DNA from: Camelus dromedarius
Lineage: Eukaryota
Length of the DNA: 64,000 nt
Direction: 5' to 3'
Assembly: GCF_036321535.1 (NCBI RefSeq)
Contig: NC_087447.1
Location: 50,408,001 to 50,472,000 of the forward strand
The translations under genes were made by a program, and so were the position numbers. Shown here one piece after another: positions 60,701-64,000 of the stretch. Every line of letters starts with the position of its first letter. Position 1 is the stretch's first letter. The notes beneath the pieces were generated by a model. The model searched no databases and was not told where the DNA came from. It saw nothing but the letters and a program-made list of their open reading frames with translations.

Positions 60701-63700
60701 GAGCAAGGCTGTGATCTTGCATTGCTCGTGAGGCTGACTTTTTCAGAAGCAGACCACACATGGGTAGGGCGGCTTCCACTAGGGCTGATTCCCTGGGGTG
60801 TGAAAAAAGAAGGGGAAAGGGCACAGTCTGACAGACGGTCCCTATGGTGCTGTGAGCTTAGGATCCCGGGAGCTTGGAGGCTAGGCTGGGGCTCCAGGTG
60901 CAGAGGGCTGGATCCTGTGTCCTGAGGAGTGGATGCCCAGCCCCGGCCCCAAAGCCAGCCCCTCTCTCTAGGTCTGAAATTTTGGGAATGCGTATTCAGC
61001 CTTACAGACTCCTGCTCTCTGGCCTCTTCTGGGCTGTGTGCCTTCTGCCCGCTTGCCTTTCCTCTGCCCTGTGCGCTGGGGCCAGGAGACCTGGGTTTGA
61101 GGATTGAACCAGACCCTAAAAACCAACTTCACCTCACGTGCATCAGGGCCCACCTGGACTCTTGGGGGACGGGCTGTTCTTCTGCCAGCAGAGGCTGCCT
61201 CTTGGAAAGAATTCTGGGCAGCCCCTCTCCCTGCAGGTTCTCCCATTAGCACGCACACTCACGTGTTTCACAACCCACTTCCAGGCCTCTCAGGTCCCTG
61301 CCAGCTACCACCCCACCCACCCTCTTGTCTCCTCCTGGCCAGACCTGTCAAGGCTGCTGTCTGCTCTTGTGGCCTCCATTTCCCCAACTTCCCTCACTTC
61401 TTCCTCCGCTGTCTCCAGCCCCATCATTCCACTCAGCTCACCCCCACCTCCACGTCCAGAACTGCTACAGACAGACACTATTCTGTCCCTAGCTCCTTTG
61501 GTCACTTGGTCACTTGGCTGCCTTCTTCACAGCTGCATGCTCCCATGGCATCTTGAGATGTCTCTCCTGGTTCTCTTCCCGCCTCTCCATCACCTCCTCC
61601 TGGATCCTTTCCTGCACCCCTACATCTTCTTCCTTCTCCTCTTCCATTGATCTTTAAATGGGTCTCCCTCCCTCTTGGCCTCGGCTCTTTTCTCTCCCCA
61701 CCCAGCCCTCCGGAGAGCTTCCTGGCCCAGGGTCTCCCTTTCCCATTCATCCAGCCAGCCATTCATTCTCCACGTGGCGGCCAGATGGAATCTCTCTGAA
61801 ACACAGATTTGACCAGGTCACTCCCCTGTTTAAAACCCTTTGACAGCCCTGGGGTTTCAAGCACATGTCACATTTCCCATTTTCCTGTCTCGTTCACTAC
61901 TTACGGGGGCCAGAGTCCCTATCACGCTCCGGCAGACATCCTCCATCCTCTCTTCTCTCCTTTCCGGCTCTCTCCCAACTATGCGCAGTTATCCATCAAA
62001 CTCCCTCTCCTCGCCTCTCTCTTTCTCCTTCCTCTCCCTCTCCTTTCCCATCTCTCCCCTCTGTCTCTGTCTCTGTCTCCGTTTAGAGTTGCCAGAGGTG
62101 AGCGCTATAGAAACTAGGGTACTGGGCTCTCATATGAAAATAAAAAAAGCTAAACCCTCCGACTGAAAGAGCTCTTCATGCCTGTGCCACAGAAATCCAG
62201 GGGCCAAGAGAGGGGAGATTGTGGCTGCAGATGTGAAAAAAACACCCTCCTTTGATGGCCCACAGGGAGAGAATTGAAGACATACTGCCCCGTGCATGGA
62301 AGTCCTGAACCAGCTTTTTAAAAGGCTCCTGGACGGCCAGAATTCCCTGCTGTTTCTTTCTCCCACTGCCCCACTCACACTTCAGGTTCTGACCTTGACA
62401 TCTGCCCACAGCACACTGTGATGTCTGGCCCATTCAGCTCCTCCATCAGCCACCTGGACACCTGGCTGTCAGCCTTGGCTTCACCCAGGGCCCCAGCCTC
62501 ACCTGCCTGCCCCTCCGGACCTTACCCCAGAACTCACCCCATTTCCTTTGGCTGGTCTCACCCTGCAGCTGGTGACTGAAGCTGTCACTGTGTCTGCACT
62601 TTTTTCCACTTTTTTCCACGTAGCTGTGCCCAAGGCAGCCAGGATGGCGTGCATGGTGGAGGCTTTACGGGTGAGGGCCAGTTCTGCCACTGGCTTGCTG
62701 GGTGACCTTGGACTGAGCCTCAGTAGCTTCATTAAAAATACGAGGAGAATAATGTCTACCTTGCAGGATTGTAGTGAAGATGAAAGTGCAGATACTCCAT
62801 CCACATCAGTTCCTTCTTTTCAGTAAAATAAAGACCCTTCCAAGGGCTGCCTGCAGGGGGAGCCCAGCGCCTGGAAGACCTGAATCAGCCCTTTAAAAGG
62901 CTCCTGGGCCTTGGATCAACCCTGTAGTTAGCTTCCCTCAGGCCGTGCACCCAATAACAGTTCTGGAAAGGGGCCAGGTGGATGTTGTGCTATTTCTCAG
63001 GCTGGAAGGGTTTTGGACACAGTGGTGACAGGGGAAGGTTACACAGTCTCCAGGCTGCTGATTCCAGGTCTTGGGGGATTATTATAACTATGAATAGGAA
63101 TACTCTTATAGTAAAAAACCTCTAGATTGACACTGGGTGTCTGAGCAATTTGAGAAGACAAGACAGGGCTGGGCATGGGGGTGGGAAAGGCTGGGCATCA
63201 AGGGAGACAGTGGGGAGGGTCTGTTGGCAGGAGCTCCACGGTGGAGGGCCCTGGCCTTCAGCAGTGGGGAATGTGCCAAGTAGGAAAGTGAGATGCGAGG
63301 GCTGGGCTGCAGGTAGACTGGGGACGGTGCAGGCCAGTGGGAATGGGGGCAGGAAAGGGCACGGAGGCCAGGGCCGTTGCTGAGGACCCAGATGATGGGT
63401 CCTACACTAAGGCAGAGACCACTGTGTTGGGTGGGACAGACATCGGGACTGATTAAGGGGGCAAGGGAAAGGGTCATGAGAAGAGAGGGTGGTCACTCCT
63501 GGTTCCGGCCAGGGGACAGGGCAGAGCACAGTCAGGGTAATCTGTGGCTCATCGGGGAGAGGCCTGGCAGAAGCTGGGTGCTGGGCCTGGAGCCCAGAAG
63601 GAAGGTCTAGGTCAGCACTGGAAGAGAAGTGCCAGCAAGAGCCTCACTTTCGTCTGTGTGTGGGGACCGCTGCACCTGCCTCCCCAGAGAGGGTGTGGTA

Positions 63701-64000
63701 GGCTGCTCAAGCCAGCATCCAGGAAAGCCCTGGATGAGATGAGCATCACCTCCGTGTTATTTAATAGGAAATGCAAGTGGCAGACACTGGACAAACCTCT
63801 GCCACATGCAGACTCGGACCAGGCCTTTCGGAGGGGGACAGGATGCTGGGGTCTGCTGTCTTCTCACTGTCCATCAGTTGTCAGAGAGATTCCCCAAGCA
63901 AGTCTCCTCTGTGGGTTGGGGCCCACCTATTGCTCTGTGCAGCGCCGTCCTTCCTCCCTGGCTGGGCAGCTGAGCCCAGGGAGCCTGATGGCTGGAGAGG

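Noticed and set aside
62560..62680. Minus-strand STMHAILAALG peptide faintly resembling a guanylyl-cyclase catalytic exon
   Set aside because: No valid acceptor or conserved HVS/RG-TELK motifs, and the segment runs into a MIR remnant (62620-62790); probably chance.
1..64000. CRISPR arrays, operons, rRNA or intact autonomous transposons
   Set aside because: Eukaryotic sequence with no repeat-spacer arrays; all transposon ORFs seen are fragmented.

Overview
Mammalian genomic DNA, most likely from a camelid (two tRNA-Ala-derived Vic-1-type SINEs; no Alu, Bov-A/BovB or PRE-1 recognised). The only supportable protein-coding gene is LRRC32 (GARP, the latent TGF-beta docking receptor) on the minus strand. 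It has a CpG-island promoter with non-coding exon 1 (~53392-53540), a candidate alternative first exon (~52686-52890), coding exon 2 (ATG at 48749, 29 aa) and a large exon 3 (634 aa plus a ~2.2 kb 3'UTR ending at ATTAAA 39959-39954), giving a 663-aa protein. The remaining sequence is intergenic or intronic and rich in L1, L2, MIR, MaLR/ERVL LTRs and hAT/Tigger fossils. Nearly all other ORFs in the track are spurious. I see no new gene family or prokaryote-type system. The best leads are regulatory: uORFs on both candidate first exons that end at or overlap the GARP start codon, miR-142-3p and miR-181 sites next to the poly(A) signal, and several STAT/NF-kB/CTCF-like distal elements. Repeat family names come from recalled consensus sequences, and repeat boundaries are approximate.
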